The translations under genes and the position numbers were made by a program. DNA of 64,000 nucleotides from Tubiluchus corallicola (taxonomy: Eukaryota > Animalia > Priapulida), in assembly GCA_030141605.1 (NCBI GenBank), contig JAQGDQ010000532.1:62001-126000 (forward strand), in the 5' to 3' direction. Under the pieces are notes generated by a model. It was not told the origin of the DNA, did not search any database, and was given only the letters and a program-made list of their open reading frames with translations. Positions 48,564 to 61,900 of this stretch are shown piece after piece (the first letter of the stretch is position 1; the number at the start of each line of letters is the position of its first letter).

Positions 48564-49489
48564 TGCAATGAAACTGTCACCAATCAAAGCAGTTCAAAGA
48601 TTTTTTTATACTAATATTTAAGATGATTGTTTTCCATAACGTAAATACAAAAATTGAAAATATAATTCTACGATTCCGTTGTGGTAAATTTCATTATTGC
48701 ATTTAGTAAAATCTTACAAACGAAAATTATTGAACAGAAAATGTAGATAAAATAGAACACATTATTTTTTTCAATAAAGTCAATTTATTTTTATAAATAA
48801 GCCGATTATTTGTATAGTAATAATAATCATAATATCGTCATTAATAATCAAGACACAGACATCAAAAATCGTAAAACAATTCATGCTGTTCTATTCATCA
48901 AATAGTGAAATCTCAAAAAAATTGTGCAACTTGCTCTGTGCAGATTCTAAACCATCACTTTAATACATTTTATCCGTTTGTAAATAAAAAATCTATAACA
49001 CTGACAAAATTGTTAACATAGTATTTGAACAATAAAAATTAACAAATAAGCCAGACATACTATACTAATTATGGAGTTCTACTAACGAAGTCCGTCATTT
49101 GTCAATTTATTTGTCAAAATTCAAACCTACAATTACTTACTACTCTGGTTCTTTAATTCAAAGTGCAATTAATTCTATTCTCTGTTTTATTAATATCACT
49201 TATATTAACGACTAAGTACCGGGATATTGCTTTAGAAATTACATCATTATCATTTTTACATACATCTATTTACCGATCTTATCACGATAAATAACGCTAA
49301 CTCGAAACTTGCTAATAGTCATCTCTTCCTATTTTCACCATCTATACAAAAGAGTATAGTACAAAGAATGTATGACAATGTTTGTCTACTGTACCGCAGA
49401 TACTATAGTATACATATACGCTTGCTAATACTGTTGTAATGAGTCAAGCTAACTCATAGTTCCACACTCATTAGATTACAAGATTTAAT

Positions 49490-50963
49490 TTACACAGAAG
49501 AATGCCATCAATACAGCAACTGCAGTTTGACAATAAAACATTTTGTACAGAAACATGTCATCAATGCAGCACGTGCAGTTTGACAATAGAACATTTTGTA
49601 CAGAAAAATGCCACCAATACAGCAAGTGCAGTTTGACAATAAAACATTTTGTACAGGAAAATGTCATCAATACAGCAACTGCAGTTTGACAATAGAACAT
49701 TTTGTACAGAAAAATGTCGTCAATACAGCAACTGCAGTTTGACAATAGAACATTTTATACAGGAAAATGTCATCAATACAGCAACTGCAGTTTGGCAATA
49801 GAACATTTTGTACAGAAAAATGTCATCAATGCAGCACGTGCAGTTTGACAATAGAACATTTTGTACAGAAAAATGTCATCAATACAGCACGTGCAGTTTG
49901 GCAATAGAACATTTTGTACAGGAAAATGTCATCAATGCAGCAACTGCAGTTTGGCAATAGAACATTTTGTACAGGAAAATGTCATCAATACAGCAACTGC
50001 AGTTTGACAATAGAACATTTTATACAGGAAAATGTCATCAATACAGCAACTGCAGTTTGGCAATAGAACATTTTGTACAGGAAAATGTCATCAATACAGC
50101 AACTGCAGTTTGACAATAGAACATTTTGTACAGAAAAATGTCGTCAATACAGCAACTGCAGTTTGACAATAGAACATTTTGTACAGGAAAATGTCATCAA
50201 TACAGCAACTGCAGTTTGACAATAGAACATTTTGTACAGAAAAATGTCGTCAATACAGCAACTGCAGTTTGACAATAGAACATTTTATACAGGAAAATGT
50301 CATCAATACAGCAACTGCAGTTTGACAATAGAACATTTTGTACAGAAAAATGTTGTCAATACAGCAACTGCAGTTTGACAATAGAACATTTTGTACAGAA
50401 AAATGTCGTCAATACAGCAACTGCAGTTTGACAATAGAACATTTTGTACAGGAAAATGTCATCAATACAGCAACTGCAGTTTGACAATAGAACATTTTGT
50501 ACAGAAAAATGTCGTCAATACAGCAACTGCAGTTTGACAATAGAACATTTTATACAGGAAAATGTCATCAATACAGCAACTGCAGTTTGGCAATAGAACA
50601 TTTTGTACAGAAAAATGTCATCAATGCAGCACGTGCAGTTTGACAATAGAACATTTTGTACAGAAAAATGTCATCAATACAGCACGTGCAGTTTGGCAAT
50701 AGAACATTTTGTACAGGAAAATGTCATCAATGCAGCAACTGCAGTTTGGCAATAGAACATTTTGTACAGGAAAATGTCATCAATACAGCAACTGCAGTTT
50801 GACAATAGAACATTTTATACAGGAAAATGTCATCAATACAGCAACTGCAGTTTGGCAATAGAACATTTTGTACAGAAAAATGTCATCAATACAGCAACTG
50901 CAGTTTGGCAATAGAACATTTTGTACAGAAAAATGTCATCAATACAGTAAGTGCAGTTTGACA
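49490..50963. repeat. 53 bp minisatellite, ~28 copies
   Basis: Unit TACAGAAAAATGTCATCAATACAGCAACTGCAGTTTGACAATAGAACATTTTG, head to tail with no spacers. Confidence 0.97.
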
Positions 50964-51207
50964 AGGTTACACTATCAAGCATTCCGCTAATAATCACTAG
51001 GTGTCTCACAAAACGACTGTGTTAAACTTTATTAATTAAATGATTCAGTATAAAAATTCAATTGCTTTAGACTAACAGCGGCTAAGTTGTAAGTGAAATT
51101 CTGACATTACATATCTATATTTAAGTAAATACGTTTTTTACAAGAGATGCACTGATTTAATAATTCTCAGTTAGCAAACAGTCAATCTGTGTGATAATAC
51201 AAATGAT

Positions 51208-51773
51208 CAGTGGCGTATCTAGGATGTGGCAGGTGCCTCGGGCGCCACTCAGCATGTTCCGAAAAAAAATGAATTTTCTTCTGTATGATGTATGAATAAA
51301 TGTATGGTTTATCTTTTTGTGTGTGTGAGAAGCACTATAAGGTGGCCAGATTGTTAAAGAACTTGTGTAAATTATTATGCAAAAATATAGTGCTTGGGGC
51401 TACATGACCATGCATCTGTCACTGCTCGTGCTTAGTAGCAACTGGCAGTAGGATCATTCTCCCGCAAAAACTAGGCAGGTAATTTAGAATTCTGTGCAAA
51501 ATCTAAGAAAAATAAATGTTTTTATTAAAAAAAGTGTTATTTCTTATGTTAGTCATTTTTAAGAAGACCATGGAACGTTTTTTCATATTCTTCCATTTAA
51601 CAAAGGTTTTTGAATTCTTCTTTTGTATAGTTCGTTCTATATCCTACCACAATACTCTCTGTGTATATTTAAATAAAATAAACAAAAATGAAAAAAGATT
51701 CATGTCAGATGTTTGGACATGTGCGCAACATCAGTGCTTTCCACAGGAGCCATTTTCCCTAGATACGCCCCTG
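51208..51773. mobile_element. hAT-like MITE
   Basis: TIR CAGTGGCGTATCTAGG / CCTAGATACGCCCCTG; flanking 8-mers only partly match. Confidence 0.7.
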
Positions 51774-52317
51774 CAAACAACATTATTACTACATTATTTA
51801 GTCCTAAGAAAACGTGATAATACATGGTAATGGAATGTTTTTGTGACGCGGGCAGTTCACTGGCACAAATACTTGAATCCGTATGCTCGATTGCTCCCAC
51901 TACACTAATGCAAACGGACGTTTTGTAAATAATATTTATAACAGGAGCATAAGACGTTACAAAAAAACCTTTTAAAATTAAGTACAAGCACTTTATGCAT
52001 GCAAAACAAACTGTTTACAATAATTGTTACTATAGTGATTTAAACAAAACAAATAATAATAACACTAGGCAACAGACAAGCAGCACATTCACTGAACAAT
52101 ATTAATTATCTGCAAATCATAAAAATATTAAATTTACATAGAGCATTTTTGGCAATAATACAATAACTTATATACAGAAGAAAACGCATAAGCTATTACT
52201 GCAAAAAATCTCATTTTTTCCTAATAAACAATAAAATACAATTGTAATAATAAAAAGCTACTGGCACACTTTAATTCGGTAGAATTAGAATCATTATATA
52301 ACGAGTGTAAACATAAA

Positions 52318-52908
52318 TCATAATCGTTCGCTTTCTGGCAGGTATTCAAGATTAACCTGCTTTTGATTTTCACCGGTAGGTAAAACTGCTTCGATGTCCA
52401 CTAGGTGGTGTGTGTCGTCGCGGGGAATGTCGGGTGTGCTCGGCTTCCGCACTGGCACCGGCGGTACCTTGGACAGGTTGGGCAATTCTCGATCAGAACT
52501 GACCTTTCGGTTCTGCCATATGTTGGACTGTGACTTGGATTTTGTGGGGCGTGGAGGAGGGGGTGTAGCCTCCACTTTGCCCGGTCGGTCGGGAACAGGC
52601 GGAACTGATTTTGTGGGGCGCACTGGCTTTGCTGGCGCCCTCTGAGGGCTTTTGTCAAGTTTGGGGTGATCTTGAGAAAAAGAACGGCCGATTTTGACAA
52701 CGTGCTTGGAGGAGGTGGTGTGAACCACGCTGGTTGTCCGCACGCTGCTGGAGTGCACTTTCATCGGCTTTTCCTTTGCCTGAGGAGAAGAGCCGTTCTG
52801 CACAGGAGAACGATGAAGAGGAGAGCGAGGAGAGGTGACGTCTTGTACTGGAGAGCGAGACGGAATCGCTGGAGAAATGTTTGCTGGTGTAACATCTGGT
52901 CTGGAACC
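52318..52908 (-). CDS. DOCK3/4: DOCK terminal coding exon, proline-rich
   Basis: TTTCAG acceptor; GSRPDVTP...PPVPDR..PPPPRPTK..PPVPVRK...YLPESERL then TGA. Confidence 0.88.
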   Translation of the reverse strand, partial: GSRPDVTPANISPAIPSRSPVQDVTSPRSPLHRSPVQNGSSPQAKEKPMKVHSSSVRTTSVVHTTSSKHVVKIGRSFSQDHPKLDKSPQRAPAKPVRPTKSVPPVPDRPGKVEATPPPPRPTKSKSQSNIWQNRKVSSDRELPNLSKVPPVPVRKPSTPDIPRDDTHHLVDIEAVLPTGENQKQVNLEYLPESERL

Positions 52909-55900
52909 CTGAAACACGGACAATACAAATTACTACATTAGAATTTCAATTTAAACTAGATTAGAATTTATTAAACAAATCTGTTTTTTGTTTCGCAATA
53001 GAAAAGATAGTACCTTAGTAATAAACTTAGATTTGAATAGACGAAAGTAATTTCGATTTTTCCTTTTAAGAATAAACAGAGAGTTCTTTACTAATAAGCA
53101 ATGAAAAAAGGTTAAACAAATACAATTAGCCACCATTTTCAAACAATGATGCCAGCAGGCTAATGGCACATTCAGACTAGAGAGTTTTCTCGCCAAGTAA
53201 CTCACAAGCTTATTCACACTAGAGACCAATAGTTGCTGCAAGTTACTCTCCTACTCTCCTATTTTCCATTCACTACTACAAGAGTAACTTGCCGAGGCAT
53301 TTACACTAGATAGTAACTCACAGCAAATGTGAGACAGTTTGCAATGACCTTGTCAACAGTAACTCATAAAGCAATTCACAGAGAGAGAGAGCTCATGACA
53401 GAAAACTCGCTAGTCTGACTCTGAAAGTGCCATAGCACTATAGAAGAAATAGTCCTGCGACCTACAGCAATATTGTCTTTAACAAAAATGTCACACCAAA
53501 ATTAAAACAGTTGCATATATACTGAAGAAAAGATATTTGTGCTGGTAACAACACTTCCAGTAAAGTCTGTCTGAGTATCTAAAAATAAGATGCATTTATT
53601 ATATAAATGTGTATTGGTAAGAATCATCATTAAGATACTGAGTTTGGAATCATTTACCTTTCGTCCTGGTAACCGAGGCGGAGCGTCAATATCACACGTT
53701 GGCGTGGTGTCTCCACCAGATGGGACAGGCGACAGACTTGATCCTGCACCTGTTACACATAATGAGATTAAATAATTACGGCAAAAACCTGACAAATAAT
53801 CGCTTTATATCTAAGAGAAATTATCTGCAACCTGAGGCAGCATTCTAAACGTGGCACATTAAAAACGACGTAGGCGAAAGCCATCACTCCAAAGCTAGAA
53901 ATTTCAAAAATAACCCACCCTACATGCAATGAATAACCCTTACAATCATACCTTAAAACAATTTTTCATTTCTGCAACATACAAACTTTTACAAATAGCT
54001 TATTCTAACAATAATTAAATCTAAAATCGAATACTTAATATGCATATTGTCCCAAAGAATATTGGTAAGCACCATTAATGCAATTGCAGGAAAGGTTGAC
54101 ATTATACATTGCATTTTAAGTTTTCAATTTAGATTTAATTCACCAATAGATGTCTCTGCTGGGAAACTGGCATTAGCAACAAAGACTCAGCTTATGTACA
54201 GCGGGTATGTTGCTAAGACAACAGCAACGGCAATGGCGTGCAAACAGATCATATGAAAGCATCTGCGATGACACAAGTTTGTGCCACAACAAACGTAGCT
54301 GAGGTGTCTGAGTTCCAAGAGAGAAAATTAAAATTGAAACTGTCTGAGTTCAGCTCAGTTAAATTTACAGTAATACTAGTTCAGGATCAATATTCCAGTT
54401 GATGTTTTAACAATTTCTACAGCCGATCTTATGTAAAATACAAATCCACATAGACTGTTAGCACTTTCAGAAAGGCGTTTTCCCCAACAGCGCCATCTAG
54501 AGAGTTTTTCTGCTAATTTCTTCTCACTGCAGTTTTATTAAATTAAGGCAAATTCTTTGATACAACAAGCTGATAGTAAAATGTCTCTGATACCATACAC
54601 TAACATGGCAAAAACAATAACCAAAACACTGTATGGGAGGCAAACAATAGACAGCAAAGAAGCCAATGGTCTTTTGTCACAATAAAAATTCTTTAAACAC
54701 AAACCGAGCTTCATAAACTATAAAGCCCGTGTCACACGAAGCTGGACATGATCCGTAAGGCGTAAGCTATAAGGAGTAAAAGCTGCCACATGAAAATTAA
54801 CATATTATAATCAATCGTCATTGTCACAAGGGAATCCATTTGCCATCTTCTTATAACTAGCATAAATGATAATTAACAAAAGAGTTTAGCTGAACTGGAA
54901 TAATGCAAAACAAAAAACATATTATAAAACGCATTTTGAAAGCTACCATAATAATATACAGAGCAACTGAAAACAGTGTAGCTTAGTTCAGCAACAATCT
55001 ACACAGAATGCAAAAGCATCAAATTGTTAACTTAGGTTTAAATATTTCAGCCAACTCAATCTAATGTTCAGAAAATCAACGTGAAGCCATTCAAATGCGA
55101 ATATTTGACGGTGAACGTACTTTCATCAGACTCATTATTGTCATCATCATCATCATTAACAGCTACTGGTTTACTGTAGTCGGCTGCTGCTTCCATACTT
55201 TTTAGAATACGGTCGTGTATTTTCAACATTTCTATTTTAAAATTTTAATATTTCGCTTAGTTTGCTAACAAATTTCTCACTGTATTCGAACAAACTTACG
55301 ATAATGAAATAATGTATACTATTTCAGTGTATAATATATTATGCTTATATTTTAACTAATTATTTATTTAACCTATGCTATTATTTATTCACTAATCCTT
55401 GTAAATAATTCTACTGTACCTGAGTATGAACGAGTAAAAATAATAAGAAGAAAATGATAGATGTAGCTACTTGTGAATTTGTAAAACAACATTAATTGTG
55501 TGCTTGCAAACCGTCCATAAGTCGGAACAGTTAAAACTACATAATGATGCTAAAAGGTAGAAAGCACCAAAAATTTCGTCAAACGTCGATTTTTTAATTT
55601 TTTTTATGAAAACAAATGCTAAATATATTGGACTTTTATATTCTAGCATCAAATTATCAGAAAAATGTCCGAAAATACTAAAAATCTAATTCTATAACTC
55701 ATTACCCACTTTTATGTCTAGAAACTATTACTGCAATTGTAAAAAAACTGTATTTTCTAACTCCGATTGTAACTTGTGGAAGTAGTCACTTTGCTTCGGG
55801 TTTTTTCTTTTGACAAGACCGAATCTTCGTCAGGAAGAGCCATCCACTGGATTTAAACCTGCACTGAACTTCAACATGGATTATCTCAGGTTAGAAATAA

Positions 55901-58900
55901 CACAGAGAGATGAACTTGGTATCAAAATGATCCTCACAAAATGGAGAGTCAGGATATGTGAATAACTAGAAAAGCTTAATTGCCAATTTATGGACGATTT
56001 TGCTATGCAAGCACACATTATACAATATACATTTATTATATTTAAACTATAATCGTACAATATAAATAATCATTTCCTAACAATAAATTATTCAGTAAAC
56101 AGTAAGTACTCATGTAGTGAAGCCATACCATAATGTAAATACATGAGGTGCATTCTAATACCAAAAATAAGTCATGTTTGGATTATACTGTACAAACAAT
56201 TCATAGGTTTTTAGCAGCCACATTCGTAAATCATTTTTTTACTAAAAAGAAAATCGTTTAGCATTATAGTGTTCCAGTAACTTAAAATACAGATATCTAC
56301 AATGTTGGTTAACTCCAATTGGAAAGTGTTGCTGACTCACCCTCCATGGTGCGCCACTCAATAACCCAAACACGTATTTTCAATCTTATTGACAAGATAC
56401 AGTAATTTTAAATTTTATTTAGTTAGTGATGTGTGCGCTAAGAATGCTTTGATTATTTTTTCAGACTTTGCACAATGTTATTTTAACTTGTTTCAAATGA
56501 CTTATCGTCAAAATGGCTGCGTCTAATGGTCATCGCCAGAGCTTATATTTACATGTTTTATACAGCGTTATTGCTGACGCAAGTCTAATATGCAGAAAGG
56601 CAGTATGTAAGTGGTATAAAATTTTAATACCAGAATTTCTTAAGCTTTATGTAACTGGAGAGTTTACTTGTGCTCTAAGCACTCAACGAAAAGATTATTT
56701 AACAAAACATTAAAGTACAAAAGAAAACAGTACTCAAATTACTCATGATTACTCAAAAGTGATAAAATTTATCTATTCTAATACATGTCAATGCTGATGG
56801 ATAAAAACCGAGTTTCCAAATGTTTCAAAATTGATTTACTTACTAAACAGATTGCAAATGATATTCTATTCGCCTCAAACAATTTCTGTAATACCTAAAA
56901 AACATCTATATTTTTAAGTTTTCAAACACTGCAGGATATGACGTAAACAATAAAAAATAAAGTATTGTCAATAACAGAATCTTTATAAAGTCCAGAACAT
57001 GACACCTGACCTTACACCACAATCAAAAACGCGCAGCCAAATGGGAAAAAAATCAATAAACAACTTACTCATGATAAGTCGAGGAGATTTCGGCGGAAGG
57101 GGAGGCGCTACGTTGCTACTTCCGCCCTCTCGGCTGTCTTGACTGCTTCCGCCTCCGCTGTGTTTACTCAATGTGCTAATAGAGCTGTCTTCAGAACTCC
57201 AGCTGGTCATCCGCTGATGGTCCGACATGGCGTCCAAACGTTTGGAAGAAGGGCAAAGAGTTTCGACGCTAGTTTGTGAACCTGCAAGTGCAGTTTAGTA
57301 ACACAGTGTGAGAATGTTGCAAAAGAACTTTGTGAGATAAGATCTAGTAGCAACCAACATGTTTTAGGACTGATGCTGAATGTTGCAAAAGAATTTTGTA
57401 TGATAAGATCTAGTAGCAACCAACATGTTTTATGACTAATACTAAGACATGCTTTAAAAGAAAGACCAAGTCTTCAGGGAAGTTAAGCTTACTTCAAAGG
57501 TCACTTACTCCGCCGAGGAGACACAGTGTCGAGATACAGTGTGGGCATCCCGCAAGCCTACAGCACCTGGTATTCCTAGGCGGTCACCCATCCAAGTACT
57601 AACCAGGCTCTACGTTGCTTAAGTTCGGTGATCAGATGAAATGTTTTTATAAATATGTATTGTTTATATCATACCGATGAAAATAAATATCTTATCTTAT
57701 CTTACCTACAAAAAATAAGCACTTGTATGCAAAATAGCTGCCAATTACTGTATAAGAAAAGAGATTTGTTTTCTTCAAAACTTTAATGGCTAATATGTAA
57801 TAAGTAGGGCAAAGTGAGCACTCTAATGAATGGGCTTTTGGTTGTAAAAGTGCAGCTGTGAGGAATAAGAACGGCAAAAGGTAAGCTGCGTACCTGTTGG
57901 AGGTGAAGCGCCGTTATCCATCTCTCCTTCCCCGACATTCTGAAACAAAAACCGACACTGATTAGATGATGTTTTCCTTGCAATAAACAGAAAATGCTGC
58001 AGATGCTACACGAATCTTGTGTGCTTGCAAATCAAAACTGTTCATAAGTCGGCATAGTTAAAACTACGTTATTATGCTTCAAAGTAGAGTGTACCAAAAA
58101 TTTAGTCAAAAGTCAATAAACATTTTTATAAACTTCTGCATTCTATAAACTATAATCTAACTTTCAATAACGGGAATTCTTAATACTGATGGTAGTGGCA
58201 GGACCAGAATACAGCTCACTGTCAAGGGTAATCCTTTAAAATAAGACACAGACACAGGAGTGTAACCCAGTGGCCATGTTGTGGATATCTACATCATCAT
58301 TCAAGGAAAGAAATAGCCAAGTGGAACAATATAAGCAGCTTTACTTAACACAATTCACAATCCCGGCCCTCAGCCAATACTGGTCTACAGAGAATTCGCC
58401 TAGTGCAAGGTTACTAAACAACACACAAAGCACCAAATGACCTGCAAACATAAGAAAGAACTGGTCTAAAACTAGCAGCAAATTAAAACAAAATTAGAAA
58501 GGATATCATAAAAAAATCTAAAACTATATTTAGACACTTTTTGAACATCGGGAAACCCAAAACACTTGTAACATTGAATACACAACTTTCACTGCTTAAA
58601 ATGTGGCAATTTTTTTTATCCATTATAAAAGCTGAAAAAGGGAATGAGAACAGGAATTATACAAATGAAGGCGGACAACTTGAAATACTGAACAGAACAC
58701 TGACGGAAAAACGAAAAACATCCGCCGAACACACTGCATATCATGAAACAAAATTTTTGGAAATACAAAATACTCTGGACTCATCAGCATGTAAAAACAA
58801 TGTGGGACAGAATTAAGCCAGTTTATGCAGTACACATCCTCAGCATGTAAAAACAATGTGGGACAGAATTAAGCCAGTTTATGCAGTACACATCCTCAGC

Positions 58901-61900
58901 ATGTAAAAACAATGTGGGACAGAATTAAGCCAGTTTATGCAGTACACATCCTCAGCATGTAAAAACAATGTGGGACAGAATTAAGCCAGTTTATGCAGTA
59001 CACATCCTCAGCATGTAAAAACAATGTGGGACAGAATTAAGCCAGTCTATGGAGCATACAGCGTTGGACAACCGGCAGCAGTTTAGCACAGATTTCCGGC
59101 TTGTATCAGCTGCATTGACATAGCTTCACAGTGATCTCATTTGGTATCCTAACATGGACCTCAAAAGAACTATTATTTTAGCACAATTAAGGCCAGTCCC
59201 TGTTTGTTTGCAAACCCTGCACTAAACTCATAATCAATCGAAGACAAAATTAAGCGACTAGACCTTGTGAAATAGTTTAATATCTACTCAGCCAAATTCA
59301 ACCGATATTCCAAAAAAATACTGTTTTAACGTTAAACTTGTAAAACTAGAAAGCTAAAATGTGAGCAAACAATCTAATCTTTCTACATTCTTTGGTACAC
59401 TGCAAGGCAGAATCCAGCATTTACAGGCAAGACTGGAGCCTGGGTCATTATTAAAAATAACCCTCTAAGATGACCCATTGAAGATACGAATGCCATGTGC
59501 CAAACTGACATCCTGTATATCCGCACTCAATGAAGTAAACAGCCAGGCAAGATTTACAAATGATACCACCACCCAAGTATCAAATTCAGGTTAACACTCA
59601 CACTCATGCTTAATTAACTCAGTCTGTATTTTTATTTAACCACAAAATTTTTCCCACCTGTTCAATAAAGTGGCGTGACTGGTATCCGGAGTCTCTCCGC
59701 ATCTCGTGCAAAGGGAAAGGCGTATTACTAGGCTCTCTCGATTGTTTACCAGGTGTGGGTGGAGACCCTTGTGTTGGAATGCTGTAGAAGAACTTGGACT
59801 TGCCTGCTTCGCTATAAGAAGTAGGTAAGTATGACGTATGAAAGTTCTTTACATACCACATCAAATAAAAAATTGTTTTTACGTTACTTTCTTGCGATAT
59901 GACATCATAAACAAACCAGTTTTGCTGTAAAGCCAGCCTCGTTCTTGCCGTTGTTCATGTAATAAGTTTCTAGCCAATTTTCACATTATGATGTTACAAA
60001 AACAGTAACTTTGCATTCTTAATTTTTATAACAAATGAATGAAATGGATTGTTAGGCAGCTATGGCAGTACTAAATAAGGCTGTTCACAAAATGTTCACA
60101 GTAATAAAATGTTCACAAAACAGATTCCATGACAACACTAAATCGCATTCTAAATGATATATCAAGCAGTTGGGCAGGAAAAACTTAATAAGTGAGTAAC
60201 CCAATGCTTTAGTGTTTAGCACTAATTTCAGAAGAGACTAATCAAATTTTATGTGAAATTATACAAACAAAGATTAGCTTTTAAACAACGCATGTCTTGA
60301 CAAAATATCATGTGAACAAAACATCAACTATTTAATAAATCAAAGAAATGTACACTTACGAAAACTTTCTGTATGTGACGGGTTGAGTACGCATATCAAA
60401 AGACGATGTGGAGTTTATTGTCTCTGTACTAGAATCCATGCTAGTCAATGATGAAGCGGAGTCAACCGACGTCATTTCCCATGGTCCGTGCTGCAGTGAA
60501 CCTTTCCTCTGTAACCATAGCAACATAAAACCATGAAAACATGGCGTTGAGAAGTTTTAAATTTTTATTGTCGAAATTATTTTTTACCCGAAATTGAAAA
60601 TTGGCTTATCGGCTTTTTTGAAAAAAATCCCGAATCCGCCTATAAGTGCAGTTGCCTAAATGCCTACTACGGTTGCCAAGGAATGTTCTAAGTAATATTA
60701 GTAGTTAGCAAAAAAAATGTTAGCAATATCTAGGCATCAAAGAAAGTTTGTAAGAATATTAAACAATTTATCTAAACGTACCACTGCTGGTATGTCCTTA
60801 TTTAATGAATGCGGTATAATAATTCTCGAAGACTTGGTTATATATCACTTGTCTATTTATATGTACAAGACATACTACAACTTGTTTCCCACTTCCTTTG
60901 CAAATCCCATTACAGCAAATCCTAAACATTACTTTACAAGGTTCAACGAATATCATGTCCCTTACTGTCGTACTAATAGTGCCAGGCACTTTATTAAATT
61001 CACAGCCCCCAATAACTGGAATAAATTAAGTGCCCAAGTAAAAATACACAAAACTATTTATAGTTTCAAAAAGTACCTGAAAAGGACCATTTTTGATTCA
61101 TACTTATAATACAATTTTAGTGGTTCCATGTCTCATGCAGTCGCAATATATGGCCTCCAATCAATTATAATGCTACTTTAATATACCTCTATGTAAATTA
61201 AACATACACTGTGGTCGTTTCGTCTCCTCTTTTCCTTCTTCCTATCCCTAATCTTACTATTTTTTTCCATTCCATCATGTCTACTAACCCGAACCATTCT
61301 TTCATTCACTCATTTGTGCCACCTTAACAAGCCAAGCTTTCAAGGTGTTATACGGCAACTCTTTTATTTGGTTAATTTGACTTCATCAACGTTTTTTTTA
61401 CCTATACTGTTTCTTTTTGTTTCAATAATATTGTATGTTGATGTATTGTATGTGTATTGCTGGAGTGAAATAAATTGATTGATTGTCTATCGAAAATGTT
61501 TATTGTTTAATCATGATTCTATGAAAATGCTTTAGTAAAACTTATTTGGAAACAGAAACTTTTGCAACTAAAAATTAGTTAAAAACAGGGAAGCAGGTGT
61601 TAACACAAGATCGCTACACTTTCATGTCACAGTATGCCAGGAATTTCCAACAAAAAAACTATCACGTCAGCTTCAACTGTTGACAAATGCAAATGATTGT
61701 AGCAGCTTAGAGAGGAAGAAAGGCAATTTAGAAGTATTTCCACAGAAAATTATTTTACTTAACTTTACTTACGATTATTGTCAAAATAGTAGCTCATACT
61801 TTAGCTTAGTTAATGAAGAGTGCACTACGAATGTTCTGATTATTTTTCCAAGCTTGACGCAATGTTATGTAAACTCATTACAAACTATTTGCTGTCAAAA

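Noticed and set aside
49490-50963. CRISPR-like array
   Set aside because: Head-to-tail units without unique spacers, no cas genes, eukaryotic context.
56341-56384. Extra DOCK exon ending at a GTGAGT donor
   Set aside because: Available acceptors give a stop or frameshift.
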